Program-made: the position numbers and the translations under genes | Virus record (IMG/VR): IMGVR_UViG_3300046007_005671 | Span: 1-56,983 of that record | Direction: 5' to 3' (one strand) | Source: a virus | Lineage: Duplodnaviria > Caudoviricetes | DNA: 56,983 bases | Shown: positions 8,543 to 17,103 of the stretch, one piece after another | Numbering within the stretch: the first letter of the stretch is position 1 | Layout: the number at the start of each line of letters is the position of its first letter | Notes under the pieces: model-generated | What the model saw: only the letters and a program-made list of their open reading frames with translations | The model's database searches: none | What the model was told of the DNA's origin: nothing

Positions 8543-8758
8543 CTATGGTTTATTGGTCGGGGATCCATTATACCACACGTGGGACAGGTTGTCAAGTCCC
8601 TCCCTCTCCTCCTCGGGTAATTCGGGCATTTCGGCCCTTTCGCGTGTGGTGAATCGAAATTCGCAGTGATTGCAGGTTCGGCGACGGCGGGTAACGCCGT
8701 TCGCATTTTGGTAGGTAGTACTTACCCGGGTGTCCTCGCCGCACTTAATACAATTCAT
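8543..8758 (-). CDS. NrdR-like N-terminal Zn-ribbon protein (no ATP-cone)
   Basis: MNCIKC...TRV...RRRRTCNHC..RFTT.E pattern; ATGA overlap with datZ. Confidence 0.75.
   Translation of the reverse strand: MNCIKCGEDTRVSTTYQNANGVTRRRRTCNHCEFRFTTRERAEMPELPEEEREGLDNLSHVWYNGSPTNKP
8567..8595 (-). promoter_or_regulatory. sigma70-type promoter TTGACA-17-TATAAT for HDAC gene
   Basis: Perfect consensus with TG; ATAGAGGAC RBS downstream. Confidence 0.85.
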
Positions 8759-9318
8759 AACCATCCCCCTGTAATTCCTATATCGTTGCAAACGCGGCGA
8801 ACCGACTCGCGCACGTTCAATGTCGGATGCAAACGCTCGGTCTCGTTCACCATGTCGGCGAGGATCGCCCGAAGGCCATCTAGCACTTGCTTGGCGTGTG
8901 CCCCCACACCATTATCCTGCAGGAAAAAGATCGCCTCGATTTGGTCCGCGAGCTTGACTATGGCTTCTATATCGGAGCCTTTCACCTGCCGGTACGCCCC
9001 CATTGTCTCGCTGTCCACTCGGTCCTCGGCCTTTTCCACAATGCCCTTACCCCCTACCGCTTCTAGGTCTCGCTTGAACGGCGTCGGCATGTCCCCGGTA
9101 CGCACCTCGATTATGTCGTGCGCGAGTGACCACTGCAAGAGCTTGAGCTTGCCCGAGTCTTGTAAGAGGCCTTTCCAGCGCATAGCGGCCGCGAGGGATC
9201 CCGCAATTACTGCTACAGCGAAAGAATGCTCGGCCAGCGTCTGCTCCCGCGACGTCTGCACTATGTGCCACCGCTTGACGTGGCAAGCGCGAAGCTGTTC
9301 GTATACTGTCAGGCTCAT
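8755..9318 (-). CDS. datZ: HD-domain dATP triphosphohydrolase (DatZ-like)
   Basis: RWH...EHS...HD..E..TGD.PTP.K...KLAD motifs of YfbR/DatZ HD family; located in purZ cluster. Confidence 0.82.
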   Translation of the reverse strand: MSLTVYEQLRACHVKRWHIVQTSREQTLAEHSFAVAVIAGSLAAAMRWKGLLQDSGKLKLLQWSLAHDIIEVRTGDMPTPFKRDLEAVGGKGIVEKAEDRVDSETMGAYRQVKGSDIEAIVKLADQIEAIFFLQDNGVGAHAKQVLDGLRAILADMVNETERLHPTLNVRESVRRVCNDIGITGGWL

Positions 9319-9950
9319 GCGTTTTTCTCCTTAATATCGTAGAACCAGTCGTCCCCAGCACTCCATTTGCGTGTACCATCGACGGTCCACATGCGTTGTG
9401 CCGCTTGGAAGTCTGGGAATTTAGTCTCAGCCGGAATTAGGCTTTGATCGTACCATAGGCACCGATTGTTCGGCTGGCAAGCGAACTGGCCGTTGTCCAG
9501 CGCGATGAAGTTGAAGCTCTTGTGCTCCTCGGCTTGTTCGGTAAATCCCGTGTCTATATCCATGCCGTCAGCACAGAAGTCCACAGTGAACAGGTATCGG
9601 CCGAAATGCCATTCCCGGTCTTTGCCGAGGAACTTCACGCCTAGATTACGCAAGCCGATCTTCTCGACGATTGTGAACCGATATCCCATGCAGTCCCACA
9701 ATTGCAGAACGTCGATGGGCAGATTCCCGGTGTAGTTCGACTGCCAAACGTAGGCGTGGATGGGTAGCTTATCGTACAGTGCACCATAATTGGGCAAGAG
9801 CGACTCGATCCGGAACACTTGGCCTCGCAGGGCTTTAATGCTAACCCAAATCGCGGGTTCCAGTTCCCCATGACCCTTATGGTCGTTGTACAAGAACTCG
9901 CGCCGCACGAAGCACTTCATGGGCGGGAGGGATGCGACTATGTAACTCAT
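9315..9950 (-). CDS. Phage hypothetical protein within Z cluster
   Basis: 211 aa ORF with ATGA overlaps on both sides. Confidence 0.8.
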   Translation of the reverse strand: MSYIVASLPPMKCFVRREFLYNDHKGHGELEPAIWVSIKALRGQVFRIESLLPNYGALYDKLPIHAYVWQSNYTGNLPIDVLQLWDCMGYRFTIVEKIGLRNLGVKFLGKDREWHFGRYLFTVDFCADGMDIDTGFTEQAEEHKSFNFIALDNGQFACQPNNRCLWYDQSLIPAETKFPDFQAAQRMWTVDGTRKWSAGDDWFYDIKEKNA

Positions 9951-10162
9951 GATTTAACCGCCTGTAAACGCCGAATCTGGTCCGCTATCTGATCACCCGA
10001 TAGCTGATCGAAGAGCTGGAACTCGTACTTGCGAGCGATGTGCTCCAGTGCTCCGTTCCAGATCTGTTTCACCGCTTCGCGGTTCTCGTCGTCCTCGGAC
10101 CCCAGCACGTGGCCGTAGGATTCATTGTACCAACTGTTGAATTCATCATTTCGGTTCGACAT
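9947..10162 (-). CDS. Hypothetical protein
   Basis: AAGGA RBS, overlaps neighbours. Confidence 0.65.
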   Translation of the reverse strand: MSNRNDEFNSWYNESYGHVLGSEDDENREAVKQIWNGALEHIARKYEFQLFDQLSGDQIADQIRRLQAVKS

Positions 10163-10649
10163 GGCGCATGATCCTTGTGTTAACGTCCACTTCCCATTCG
10201 CGTCCTTCGTTAATATCCATCTTGTCCTCTACCGCCTTATGTACGTCTATACCGTTCATGTGCGCGACGTCCAGCAACAGGATCATGATGTCACCCATTT
10301 CGAGAGCGGCTTTTGGGTTACGAGCGTACTCGCCCACTTCCTCGTAGAGCTTGAGTAGGATGTCCGCAGTGGTACGCGCCGGAAAACGCGAGTCTGCCCA
10401 CTTGGTGATTCGATCCTGTAGCTGTCGGATGTCAGCCCCACCACGCTTCTTGTAGGCGTTGACCGCCCGGACCGCAAGGTCGGCATTTTTATCGCAGTTC
10501 CCCATAACGCCACGCAAGTGGTGACGGACTTCGAAAGTCGCGATGGTTGCGCCGTGCGCATCAACAACTTCTGCCGCCCGTTCGGGGTGTACCGCCCAAG
10601 GGGTCTCATTGAGTTCATCCGTGTGTACTGTTGATTCTACCTGTAGCAT
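10146..10649 (-). CDS. mazZ: MazG-like/DUF550 nucleotide pyrophosphohydrolase (MazZ-like) with extra N-terminal domain
   Basis: WADSRFP...KLYEEVGE...EMGDIMILLLD...KMDINEGREW; immediately downstream of purZ; start reassigned after GGAG. Confidence 0.78.
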   Translation of the reverse strand: MLQVESTVHTDELNETPWAVHPERAAEVVDAHGATIATFEVRHHLRGVMGNCDKNADLAVRAVNAYKKRGGADIRQLQDRITKWADSRFPARTTADILLKLYEEVGEYARNPKAALEMGDIMILLLDVAHMNGIDVHKAVEDKMDINEGREWEVDVNTRIMRHVEPK

Positions 10650-11742
10650 ATGCTCTCCAAAGTTCAAGAATTCGCGCCATTCGTGTCTCTTTTCCGTACT
10701 GAGGCATCGAGTATACGTCTTTATATTCAGGTCCAAGTCCGATCCAACGCACGAACGTGTTCGGCGAACGCTCGATCGACTCGACAATATCCTGCACCTC
10801 TTCCTCGGTCTTGCAGTAATTGACGAAGTTCAGGAAGATCTCCCGGGCACCATTATACTCGATCGCTTCCCCAATCTGCTTGCGGCTGAATGTGAAAATC
10901 CGGCGTGGGAGCTTGGTGACGGTGGTAAGCTCCGTCTTTTGTCCGATCTCCTCGAACGTGATCTCCAACTGGTCGTCGTAGCACGGGCCGGAGTATCCGA
11001 CTTGAGTGCCGTGTGTGTCGAATCGGTTAGCCACGCGTATCGGGTAAGTGCGGCAAGTACCAACAACGGTTATGTCCGGCAGGTCCATCACTGTGGGCAA
11101 TAGGTCGTGCGGGATGCCGCAGTCGGCGAGGATTTGCCACAGACTCACGTCACGCGAGGTGGTGTAGGGATAAAAGCCGTGGTACATCGAGAGTCCGTAC
11201 CCCTGTGCACCTTCCACCAGCACGTGCTCGGCTTCGCGCAGAAGCGCACGATAGGTGGACACTGTAACCACGTATTTCGACAGCCCCTCACAATTAGCGG
11301 CTATATTCAAGTCGTCCGGATCGCGTCGAATGCGTTGAATCATCGCGGCACCAACACCCTTTTTAGTCGAACCGATCTTAGTCATCGGCCCAGCCTCCTC
11401 TTCGATGTGACGATCCGTCACCACGGCGGCGTGCGGGTGGATCGCGATGCGAACATTCTTTAGCAGGTCTGCGCACGAGGCGATCTCTTCGAGCAGTTGC
11501 ACCGGGTTGATCAGCGAGCCGGGGCCGAGTAGCACCTGCTTTAGCATAGGCGACACGATGCTGTTCGCAAGGTGCGTGTGAATGAACTTGCGTCCAGTCT
11601 TGCTGATGTACGTGTGCCCCGCGTTTGGTGCCCACGCGGTGATTACCGTATCGGGTTCTTCGTCCTCCGCGATCTTGCCCACGATCAGCCCCTTGCCGGT
11701 GCTCCCGTATTGTAGATCGACTACCACTTTAATCTTGTCCAT
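10615..11742 (-). CDS. purZ: 2-aminodeoxyadenylosuccinate synthetase PurZ
   Basis: PurA fold (NAGHT, EGAQG, YPYTTSR) with GSTGKG in place of GDEGKG and NFVN in place of TKLD. Confidence 0.92.
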   Translation of the reverse strand: MDKIKVVVDLQYGSTGKGLIVGKIAEDEEPDTVITAWAPNAGHTYISKTGRKFIHTHLANSIVSPMLKQVLLGPGSLINPVQLLEEIASCADLLKNVRIAIHPHAAVVTDRHIEEEAGPMTKIGSTKKGVGAAMIQRIRRDPDDLNIAANCEGLSKYVVTVSTYRALLREAEHVLVEGAQGYGLSMYHGFYPYTTSRDVSLWQILADCGIPHDLLPTVMDLPDITVVGTCRTYPIRVANRFDTHGTQVGYSGPCYDDQLEITFEEIGQKTELTTVTKLPRRIFTFSRKQIGEAIEYNGAREIFLNFVNYCKTEEEVQDIVESIERSPNTFVRWIGLGPEYKDVYSMPQYGKETRMARILELWRAYATGRINSTHG

Positions 11743-11747
11743 TACCT

Positions 11748-13583
11748 CTATCCTTTCGCTTCATACCAGTCTTCGCCTATGCCCCACTCGCACGTGATCG
11801 GAACACGTAGGTGAATAGGGCATTCTACACCATCAAAGGTCGTGTAGATTCGTGCTACCTCTTGCGCTTTGTCGAGTGAGTCATTATCGAGCGATATGCC
11901 CACCTCGTCGTGTACCGTCAACAGTAGTCGCCCACAGCCTTCGGCGGTTAAATACTTGTGCAGTTCGATGAGCTTTTGCTTCATGCAGTCCGCGCTGGTA
12001 GCTTGGTAGATCAGCCCCGACGCCTTGTGCACGAATTGCCCGCCCGGAAAGCGGAGCCTCCGGCCCATCACTGAATGCACTGAGCCGCGTTCCTTGGCGA
12101 TGTTACTCGCCTTCTGCGCGGTGTTGCGCATCCCGGGGTTCGCGGCGTGATACTTGTCGAACAGCTCCATCGCTTCGGGTCCAGCCTTTAGGAACACGTT
12201 ACCGCTCGGCCCCACTTCCTCGGTATAGGGCAGTCCGCATTCCTGCGCTAGCCGCCCCGACCCCATATTGAACGCCAGCCCGAGATTAATCGCCTTCGAA
12301 GACGGGCCACCCGCGTACTGAGCGTTTCGGGGGATACCGGTGAGGTCAGACACCAACTGGTGAAAGTCGAGCTTAGGATTAGCGCGATAGGCCTCAATAA
12401 TCGAGGGCACCTGACCGTAATGGTTAGCCACTCGAAATTCAAATTGTGACCAATCCAGCCCCATCCATTTAGCACCCACATCAGCCTTGAAAATCGGCCG
12501 GATAAGCGATTTGATGGCAACGTCTCTAGATGGTATCTGCTGGAGAGCGGGATTGGTAACTGATAGGCGTCCAGTGCCAGTTCCCGCTTCAGCGTCGTTT
12601 TTAGTCTGGTTATAGTTGCAGTGAATGATGCCATCGTGTTCGTGCCCCAAAATATGACCCGACAGAAAAGTATCCCGGGTCTTCAGCATTTTACGCAAGT
12701 CGAGGATCATCTTCGCGGCGGGGTGCTTCATGCGTCGCAAGCAGTCGGCGTTGATCGAGGCTTTGCCGCCATCAGTCTTGTCCGCTTTCGTGCCGTCGAT
12801 CAAGTACCATTCATTATCGTCCGCGAGTGTCGGCTTGAATAGATCCGCGATCGATCCGGACGGGTTCGGGTTGACCTCGAAACCGGCCAAGCTATTCAGA
12901 TCCCTCTGCATATTGTCAACGCGCACGGTGAGGTCGCGGACGGCCTTCTCAGCCAGCCCCACATCCACCCGCACGCCCTGCTCTTCCATGTCCATGATCA
13001 CGGGCATCAAGTCGCGCTCTAGCCGGTGGACTTGGGCGAGATTCTGCGTCCGCATCTGCTCCTCTTGCCAGTCGTAGAGTGCCAGTGTAACTACAGCGTC
13101 CTGAATAGCGTATTTCGACACCATGCTGATCGGAGCACGCGAAATGTTCGGCATCTGCGCATTCCGAGTCGAGCGGCCACCGAAGAGTCGCGCCATCTCC
13201 TCGTAGATCTCGTCGTCCTTTTTCATGCCGCAGTATTTGCGGGCGAGGAAGTCAAGGGCGTAGGTGGGTTCGTGTTCCGAGATCAGAGCGGCACGGGTCA
13301 TCGTGCAGTCGATTCGGTCGAGGGGGATCGCCACCCCAGCTTCCCGGAGGAAGTGGAGGTCGAATTTAAGATTGTGGCCGACCCACACATCGACACGCTT
13401 CTCGTCGATAAGGTCGTTGAGCCACTTGATAACATGAGGGTCGGACCGTACATCCCAGTACCCCGAGAAGCCGGGGAGCGCGATGGAAATGCCGAACAGC
13501 TTGTCGGCCCACCATTTCAGTCCCGTGGTCTCGGTGTCAATGACCACCACCGGAGCGTGGTCAATGCGTGGGAAAGCGGTCAT
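11748..13583 (-). CDS. dpoZ: Family A DNA polymerase with 3'-5' exonuclease (DpoZ-like)
   Basis: DTETTG, HNLKFD, YAIQD exonuclease motifs; TGRLS, DWSQFEFR, KAINLG, VHDE polymerase motifs; adjacent to purZ. Confidence 0.85.
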   Translation of the reverse strand: MTAFPRIDHAPVVVIDTETTGLKWWADKLFGISIALPGFSGYWDVRSDPHVIKWLNDLIDEKRVDVWVGHNLKFDLHFLREAGVAIPLDRIDCTMTRAALISEHEPTYALDFLARKYCGMKKDDEIYEEMARLFGGRSTRNAQMPNISRAPISMVSKYAIQDAVVTLALYDWQEEQMRTQNLAQVHRLERDLMPVIMDMEEQGVRVDVGLAEKAVRDLTVRVDNMQRDLNSLAGFEVNPNPSGSIADLFKPTLADDNEWYLIDGTKADKTDGGKASINADCLRRMKHPAAKMILDLRKMLKTRDTFLSGHILGHEHDGIIHCNYNQTKNDAEAGTGTGRLSVTNPALQQIPSRDVAIKSLIRPIFKADVGAKWMGLDWSQFEFRVANHYGQVPSIIEAYRANPKLDFHQLVSDLTGIPRNAQYAGGPSSKAINLGLAFNMGSGRLAQECGLPYTEEVGPSGNVFLKAGPEAMELFDKYHAANPGMRNTAQKASNIAKERGSVHSVMGRRLRFPGGQFVHKASGLIYQATSADCMKQKLIELHKYLTAEGCGRLLLTVHDEVGISLDNDSLDKAQEVARIYTTFDGVECPIHLRVPITCEWGIGEDWYEAKG

Positions 13584-13843
13584 CAGAACGGGATGTCGTC
13601 AGACACGAAGTGCGAATCGCTGGCTGGTCGGCCAGTCATAGAACCGCCCTCTTTCCGATTGATCTTGATGGAGAAGAACTTCTTGCCTTCCATCTTGCCA
13701 CCCGGTTTACCGTCGTTTACCCAAGCCGAGACCCAGTAGTCTACGCCCTCGACGTTAAGTGAGCCAGTGAATTCCGGGTGCTTGTCTGTCTTGCGACTAT
13801 CGGCACGGGCCATCATGCCCTTATTGGTATTGTCGTATTCCAT
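13583..13843 (-). CDS. Small SSB-like protein with DDIPF acidic tail
   Basis: HPEFTG...YWVSAW...FFSI beta-rich core; C-terminal DDIPF. Confidence 0.65.
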   Translation of the reverse strand: MEYDNTNKGMMARADSRKTDKHPEFTGSLNVEGVDYWVSAWVNDGKPGGKMEGKKFFSIKINRKEGGSMTGRPASDSHFVSDDIPF

Positions 13844-13879
13844 ATTAATGTCCTCTATCTGTTGGTTAATGAAGGTATT

Positions 13880-13908
13880 ATTATACCACCCGCGCTACTG
13901 TCTGTCAA
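13880..13908 (-). promoter_or_regulatory. sigma70-type promoter TTGACA-17-TATAAT upstream of SSB-like/pol/Z operon
   Basis: Perfect consensus with TG; ATAGAGGAC RBS. Confidence 0.88.
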
Positions 13909-14072
13909 TCCTCGTCGTTTTGCCCAATTAACTGCCGGACCATATCTACCATTGATGCCAAGCACCACTCGCAAAAGGTAACGGGCAGAATGCCGAATTC
14001 ACCTTTGATGCCACCACAGTCCGGGTTGTAATCCGCGCCGCAGACGTTGCATTTGTCAGAGTCGGTATCCAT
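13905..14072 (-). CDS. Small Cys-rich protein (55 aa, CNVC...CEWC)
   Basis: Manual translation MDTDSDKCNVCGADY...GILPVTFCEWC...; GGAGG RBS. Confidence 0.65.
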   Translation of the reverse strand: MDTDSDKCNVCGADYNPDCGGIKGEFGILPVTFCEWCLASMVDMVRQLIGQNDED

Positions 14073-15474
14073 TGTATCCCTCCACTATATCTAGCACTCG
14101 CTTGGAGCGGGTCATCCCGACGTAGAACACTCGGACCTCGTCGTCCGGTGACTTCTCGGCGGTCTGCTGTACCCGCGTGGTCATATCAGTGAGAAGAATG
14201 ACACGATCCGCTTCGTGACCCTTTGCCGCATGAATCGTAGAGAGTCGAATAGTCGGCTCAGTATCGAGGTCGGCGTCGGAATAGAAATCCACGACCCGGC
14301 CGGGTATTTGGAGGGCCACGTAGAATGGGGTGCGACCGAGAGCGGCGTGGTCGCCCGCTTCAAGAAGCCTGCGAGTCTCAGCGCTGGAAATGGTGAATAT
14401 TGCATTTCGCTCCCCCTCTGTGACTCGCTCACCCCGCCCAAGCTTGCGGAACGCTCGGATACCGGAGGCATAACGATTTTGATAAAGTCCGGGGCGGCCC
14501 GACTCTCGCGTGTACGGGATGCGGCGTTCAATGAGCGATTGCTCAACCTCGCGGAGGACTGAATGCGTCCGTCCCAATAGTAGTATATCTTCCCCGTGGA
14601 CGATCTCCACCGAGTTGATCGATCCATGTACTCGGACCAATCCCAGATCTGCTTTGGGACTAAACTCCTTATCCACGCGGAATGCGACTCGACGGATAAG
14701 TTCTTGTGATCGTGCGTGGACTGAAGCAGGAAGTCGATGCGAGTACGAGAGCACATGGCTATCACCCTTGTGCTTGTCCGTAAATCTTGCCATACCATGT
14801 ACATCCGCACCGGCCCATGTATAAATCGCCTGATCGTCGTCCCCTGCGATATGCACTTCGTGAGAACGTCTGACGAGCTTTTCGATAACAGCCCACTGAA
14901 GAGGTGATAGGTCTTGAGCTTCGTCGACAAATACAACCTCTGCGTCTGCTCGCACTGCGCCCCGGGCGGCACGTTCAAGCATATCGGTGAAATCGTAATA
15001 TCCGAACGTAGATTTCCAATCAGCGTATGCCCGAACAAACGCATTGAACTCGGCCCGAGTACCCGGCCGGTCCGAGATGTCGTAAACTTCTGCCGGACTG
15101 GAAAAGGTGTTCCGGGCATAATTGAGTAAGTCAAGGTAGAAGTCTCCATCGGCACGCTCCTCATCATCTTCCGGGGATTTCCCGATAATCGGTATTCCCA
15201 TTACTGTTGAAAATTCGCGAAGCTTCATCGCGTCCACGACTTGCGTCTGCCGCAAGCCCATGTGACGGAAGGCCATCGCGTGAATAGTGGACACATTGTC
15301 CGAACGCTTCAGACCTAGTCGGGAGAGTGCCTCGGAAGCCGCCGCGCGGGTGAAAGATACGAAGGCCACGCGTTCGGCTTGAACGCCTGAATCCCTAGTC
15401 TCTTTCACACGCCGGAGTAGCTCCGTGGTCTTGCCAGTCCCGGGGGGTCCGTAGATGGCGTTAACTTGCATCAA
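14056..15474 (-). CDS. UvrD/Rep-like SF1 helicase
   Basis: GPPGTGKT, DEAQD, GDDDQAIY, STIHAAKGHE, YVGMTR. Confidence 0.92.
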   Translation of the reverse strand: MMQVNAIYGPPGTGKTTELLRRVKETRDSGVQAERVAFVSFTRAAASEALSRLGLKRSDNVSTIHAMAFRHMGLRQTQVVDAMKLREFSTVMGIPIIGKSPEDDEERADGDFYLDLLNYARNTFSSPAEVYDISDRPGTRAEFNAFVRAYADWKSTFGYYDFTDMLERAARGAVRADAEVVFVDEAQDLSPLQWAVIEKLVRRSHEVHIAGDDDQAIYTWAGADVHGMARFTDKHKGDSHVLSYSHRLPASVHARSQELIRRVAFRVDKEFSPKADLGLVRVHGSINSVEIVHGEDILLLGRTHSVLREVEQSLIERRIPYTRESGRPGLYQNRYASGIRAFRKLGRGERVTEGERNAIFTISSAETRRLLEAGDHAALGRTPFYVALQIPGRVVDFYSDADLDTEPTIRLSTIHAAKGHEADRVILLTDMTTRVQQTAEKSPDDEVRVFYVGMTRSKRVLDIVEGYNGYRL

Positions 15475-16214
15475 TACTCGGATTCTGCGACTTCATTCAC
15501 TTCACCGTCGTAGTCGTTCGAGACCTTGACGCCGCCGGAACGGATCGTTTCGTACAGCTTCTCGGCACGCTCGTACAGCTCTTTGTTCACGAACCCGAGG
15601 GCCGCGACGTTGAAGTTGAAGTAGCTCTCATTCCGCGCATTGGTCTCGGTCGTAGCCGACAGCTTGTAGGCGCGGCTGAACGAATCCGTGTTCGAGAGTC
15701 GCATCAGCGAGTTCCAACGCTTGGATACCTTGACCTTGGACTTGGCCATCGAGATCACCGCTTCTTGCCAGTCGTCGCCATTGCGCACCAGCACGAAGTG
15801 TTGAGCCGTATCGGACACTTCCAACGCTTCTTCGGCCAGCTCCGCGATCGCGCGATCTGCGAGTTCTTTACTGGCGAACGCTCCACGAAAGCCGTTACTG
15901 CCACCACCGCCCGCTTTACGGTCTTTCCACACGAGGAACTGCTTCGTGTAGTACACCGGCACCACAGTCACTTCAGTGCCGTACAGCGTGCGGGTGACGT
16001 TATTGTACAGCATGCCTTCTTCCGCGCCTTCGATGTAGGCGGGGTCGCTTTTCTTGCGCACTGGGGACAGTGCTTGGATCAGCTCAATGCGGGGGATAAT
16101 CATGTCATCAGTGCCGACATTCTCCGCGCCGCGATTGCCTTGCTTCATGAAATCCGGGATCTCGTTAGTTACGAGTTCGAACTCTTCTTTTACTGCTACT
16201 TGATTTTTAGCCAT
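15471..16214 (-). CDS. Putative ssDNA-binding/recombination-associated protein
   Basis: IPRIELIQALSP motif, acidic C-terminus ending in aromatic residue, replication context. Confidence 0.55.
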   Translation of the reverse strand: MAKNQVAVKEEFELVTNEIPDFMKQGNRGAENVGTDDMIIPRIELIQALSPVRKKSDPAYIEGAEEGMLYNNVTRTLYGTEVTVVPVYYTKQFLVWKDRKAGGGGSNGFRGAFASKELADRAIAELAEEALEVSDTAQHFVLVRNGDDWQEAVISMAKSKVKVSKRWNSLMRLSNTDSFSRAYKLSATTETNARNESYFNFNVAALGFVNKELYERAEKLYETIRSGGVKVSNDYDGEVNEVAESEY

Positions 16215-16273
16215 TACTAGCTCCTAGTTACATGCACGCATTGCGTGCGGGATATCCGGCACCATTGCCGAAT

Positions 16274-16711
16274 TCATGTTCGCGTGATCGAGGCACGCGT
16301 AAAAGGTGACACGTTCAGAAGAGTATCCGGCACTTCTTCGCCTTCGCGGAACATCTTCTTGACTGCCGCCTTAAGTGTTGAGGGGTTAATATTCTCCTGC
16401 AAAAGGTCGCCGCGCCCGTTGTCGCGGAGCCATGTGAAAAATTCGGACTTCTGGTCCGCTTTCACCGACACGTGCATGTCAGCCGTCAACGACACGCGGC
16501 CAATGCCAGTAACGTTGATGCGGTCCACTCCATCTTCTTCCATCTTGCTCGGCACCTTCGTGATGCGGAGGAAGTCGAACTCTCGATTGATCAGCTTCAG
16601 CTGGTCTTCCAGTGCCTCTTTGCGATTCTGCATCGTGGACATCGCGTGGACCAGATCCACCAACGACATCGGGTCGTACTTCTTGAATTCGCTCTCGATC
16701 TCAATAGACAT
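16274..16711 (-). CDS. Phage replication-region hypothetical protein
   Basis: Coiled-coil N-terminus, WLRDNG...INPSTLKA motif; RBS. Confidence 0.75.
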   Translation of the reverse strand: MSIEIESEFKKYDPMSLVDLVHAMSTMQNRKEALEDQLKLINREFDFLRITKVPSKMEEDGVDRINVTGIGRVSLTADMHVSVKADQKSEFFTWLRDNGRGDLLQENINPSTLKAAVKKMFREGEEVPDTLLNVSPFTRASITRT

Positions 16712-17042
16712 TCTTCTCTCCCTTTACTCCGATTCGGATCGCTGTGTATTGCCTGTCGCGGTTGTTCCACTTGAGGATGTTGAAGGTGTCTCCTTTTTCT
16801 CGAGCCATCGCAAATACCAACCCCGCGACGATAGGACTTCCACTGGGGGCGATGAAGTCAACGCCGGGGTCGTACTTATCGAATCGGCTTCGGATGAAGG
16901 AGATGAGCTTTTGGTTGTGGAGGGAATCCGGGACATTCGACACCTCGCTGGTGGAAAGGAATACGGGTTCGCCAAAGCGTTCCACATCCTGATAATTGGC
17001 TGTCGTGACCTCTTGTGTCACGAATACTACGGGTTTTTGCAT
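16701..17042 (-). CDS. Phage hypothetical protein
   Basis: ATAGAGGA RBS and promoter upstream. Confidence 0.75.
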   Translation of the reverse strand: MQKPVVFVTQEVTTANYQDVERFGEPVFLSTSEVSNVPDSLHNQKLISFIRSRFDKYDPGVDFIAPSGSPIVAGLVFAMAREKGDTFNILKWNNRDRQYTAIRIGVKGEKNVY

Positions 17043-17074
17043 ACTTCCTCTATGTTCTAATCTCTATGTATCCT

Positions 17075-17103
17075 ATTATACACTACGCGAGCATTCCTAG
17101 CAA
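17075..17103 (-). promoter_or_regulatory. sigma70-type promoter TTGCTA-17-TATAAT
   Basis: Near-consensus; followed by ATAGAG(G) leader motifs. Confidence 0.65.

Noticed and set aside
10615-11742. Ordinary adenylosuccinate synthetase PurA as an auxiliary metabolic gene
   Set aside because: Catalytic Asp is replaced by Ser, the GTP-specificity motif is altered, and the neighbours are MazZ-, DatZ- and DpoZ-like
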